Source: Burkholderiales bacterium
GTDB taxonomy: Bacteria > Pseudomonadota > Gammaproteobacteria > Burkholderiales > Burkholderiaceae
DNA length: 57,950 nucleotides
Direction of reading: 5' to 3'
Assembly (NCBI GenBank): GCA_026225455.1
Contig: JAMFSV010000090.1
Location: 1-57,950, forward strand
Shown here: one piece after another, positions 57,197 through 57,950 of the stretch
Position numbering within the stretch: the first letter of the stretch is position 1
Layout: each line of letters opens with the position of its first letter
Notes under the pieces: generated by a model
Databases searched by the model: none
Told to the model about the DNA's origin: nothing
The model's input: the letters and a program-made list of their open reading frames with translations, nothing else
Program-made: the position numbers and the translations under genes

Positions 57197-57246
57197 GCTT
57201 AAGCGGGCTTAAGCCGGCTTAAAACGATTTAAGCCTATTTAATTTT
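57197..57246. repeat. Five TTAA-cored 10-bp direct repeats
   Basis: gcttaagcgg gcttaagccg gcttaaaacg atttaagcct atttaatttt. Confidence 0.8.
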
Positions 57247-57317
57247 GCCGGCCGGGGCGCCCGTGTCTCAGGGCGTCGGTCGAGCCCGGGCGGAGCATGC
57301 CGGATCGGGTCGGGAAC

Positions 57318-57950
57318 TTATGCGGCGCGAGACAGATATTCCGCGGCAAATGCCCACGCCGGCAGACCTTCCCGGTAGAGAAACCCTTGCGCGAGATCGC
57401 AGCCGAGTTCGCTCAGTTCATCCACCTGTGCCTGCGTTTCCACGCCTTCCGCCAGGACCGCCATGTTCAGACCCTCCGCCAGTGCAATCACGGCTTGTAC
57501 GATGCTGCGCGAACTGCCGCGCGCCAAGAGTTCGCGCACAAAAATGCGGTCGATTTTCAAGGTGCTGAAGGGGAAGCGGGCGACATAAGCCAAGCTGGAA
57601 TAACCGGTGCCAAAATCGTCCAGCGCAATCGGCACGCCCAAGGCGGCAATTTTGACCAGCACCGAACGGTAATTTTCTTCGTTGCCGAGAAAGATAGATT
57701 CGGTAACTTCCAGGACGATGTCGCTGCCATTCAGGCCATGCCGCTCGAGTGCGGCAAGTGTCTGCTCGTAGACTGAGCCATCGAAGATCTGGCGCGCGGA
57801 AACATTGATGGAAATGGGCGGCGGGGTGAGCCCTTCTGCGCGCCAAGCGGCAATTTGCCCGGTCGCCGCACGGATCACCCAATTGCCGATATCCACGATG
57901 AGCCGGGTTTCCTCCGCCAGCGGCAGAAATTCAACCGGGCCCAGGAGGCC
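57318..57950 (-). CDS. EAL-domain c-di-GMP phosphodiesterase (C-terminal part; 5' end outside window)
   Basis: FLPLAEET..IG.WV, INVS, LEVTES, LDDFGTGYSSL, LKIDR, AEGVET, QGFLY. Confidence 0.93.
   Translation of the reverse strand, partial: GLLGPVEFLPLAEETRLIVDIGNWVIRAATGQIAAWRAEGLTPPPISINVSARQIFDGSVYEQTLAALERHGLNGSDIVLEVTESIFLGNEENYRSVLVKIAALGVPIALDDFGTGYSSLAYVARFPFSTLKIDRIFVRELLARGSSRSIVQAVIALAEGLNMAVLAEGVETQAQVDELSELGCDLAQGFLYREGLPAWAFAAEYLSRAA

Noticed and set aside
57197-57246. Short repeats here and at 21608 and 35134 as CRISPR arrays
   Set aside because: Units are 10-15 bp with no unique spacers and there are no cas genes

Overview
High-GC betaproteobacterial DNA; the protein sequences look most like Burkholderiaceae, which is an inference. 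About 50 kb is one continuous chemotaxis and flagellar supercluster: cheA(partial)WRDBYZ, flhBAFG-fliA, flgNMA, flgBCDEFGHIJKL, fliRQPONML, fliKJIHGF, fliE, an FlhB-C-like/FliK-like pair, fliTSD and fliC. It is followed by a NarL-type two-component pair, fpr, a TPR-glycosyltransferase, an EEP-hydrolase operon and a partial EAL gene. Three signals stand out. (1) A TPR-sulfotransferase sits directly behind fliA, and a TPR-GT9-like glycosyltransferase lies 3.5 kb from fliC. (2) The surface-exposed axial proteins (FlgD, FlgE, FlgK, FlgL, FliD, FliC) are very Ser/Thr-rich and almost free of Lys, Arg and His, even at normally conserved Arg positions and in the flg22 and TLR5 epitopes. (3) FlgE, FlgK, FlgL, FliD and FliC each carry extra ~100-aa outer domains, including a nested self-insertion in FlgK and a module shared by FlgE, FliC and FliD. 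Together these suggest a remodelled, possibly glycosylated and sulfated flagellar surface; this is a hypothesis. No rRNA, tRNA, CRISPR array or mobile element was recognised.
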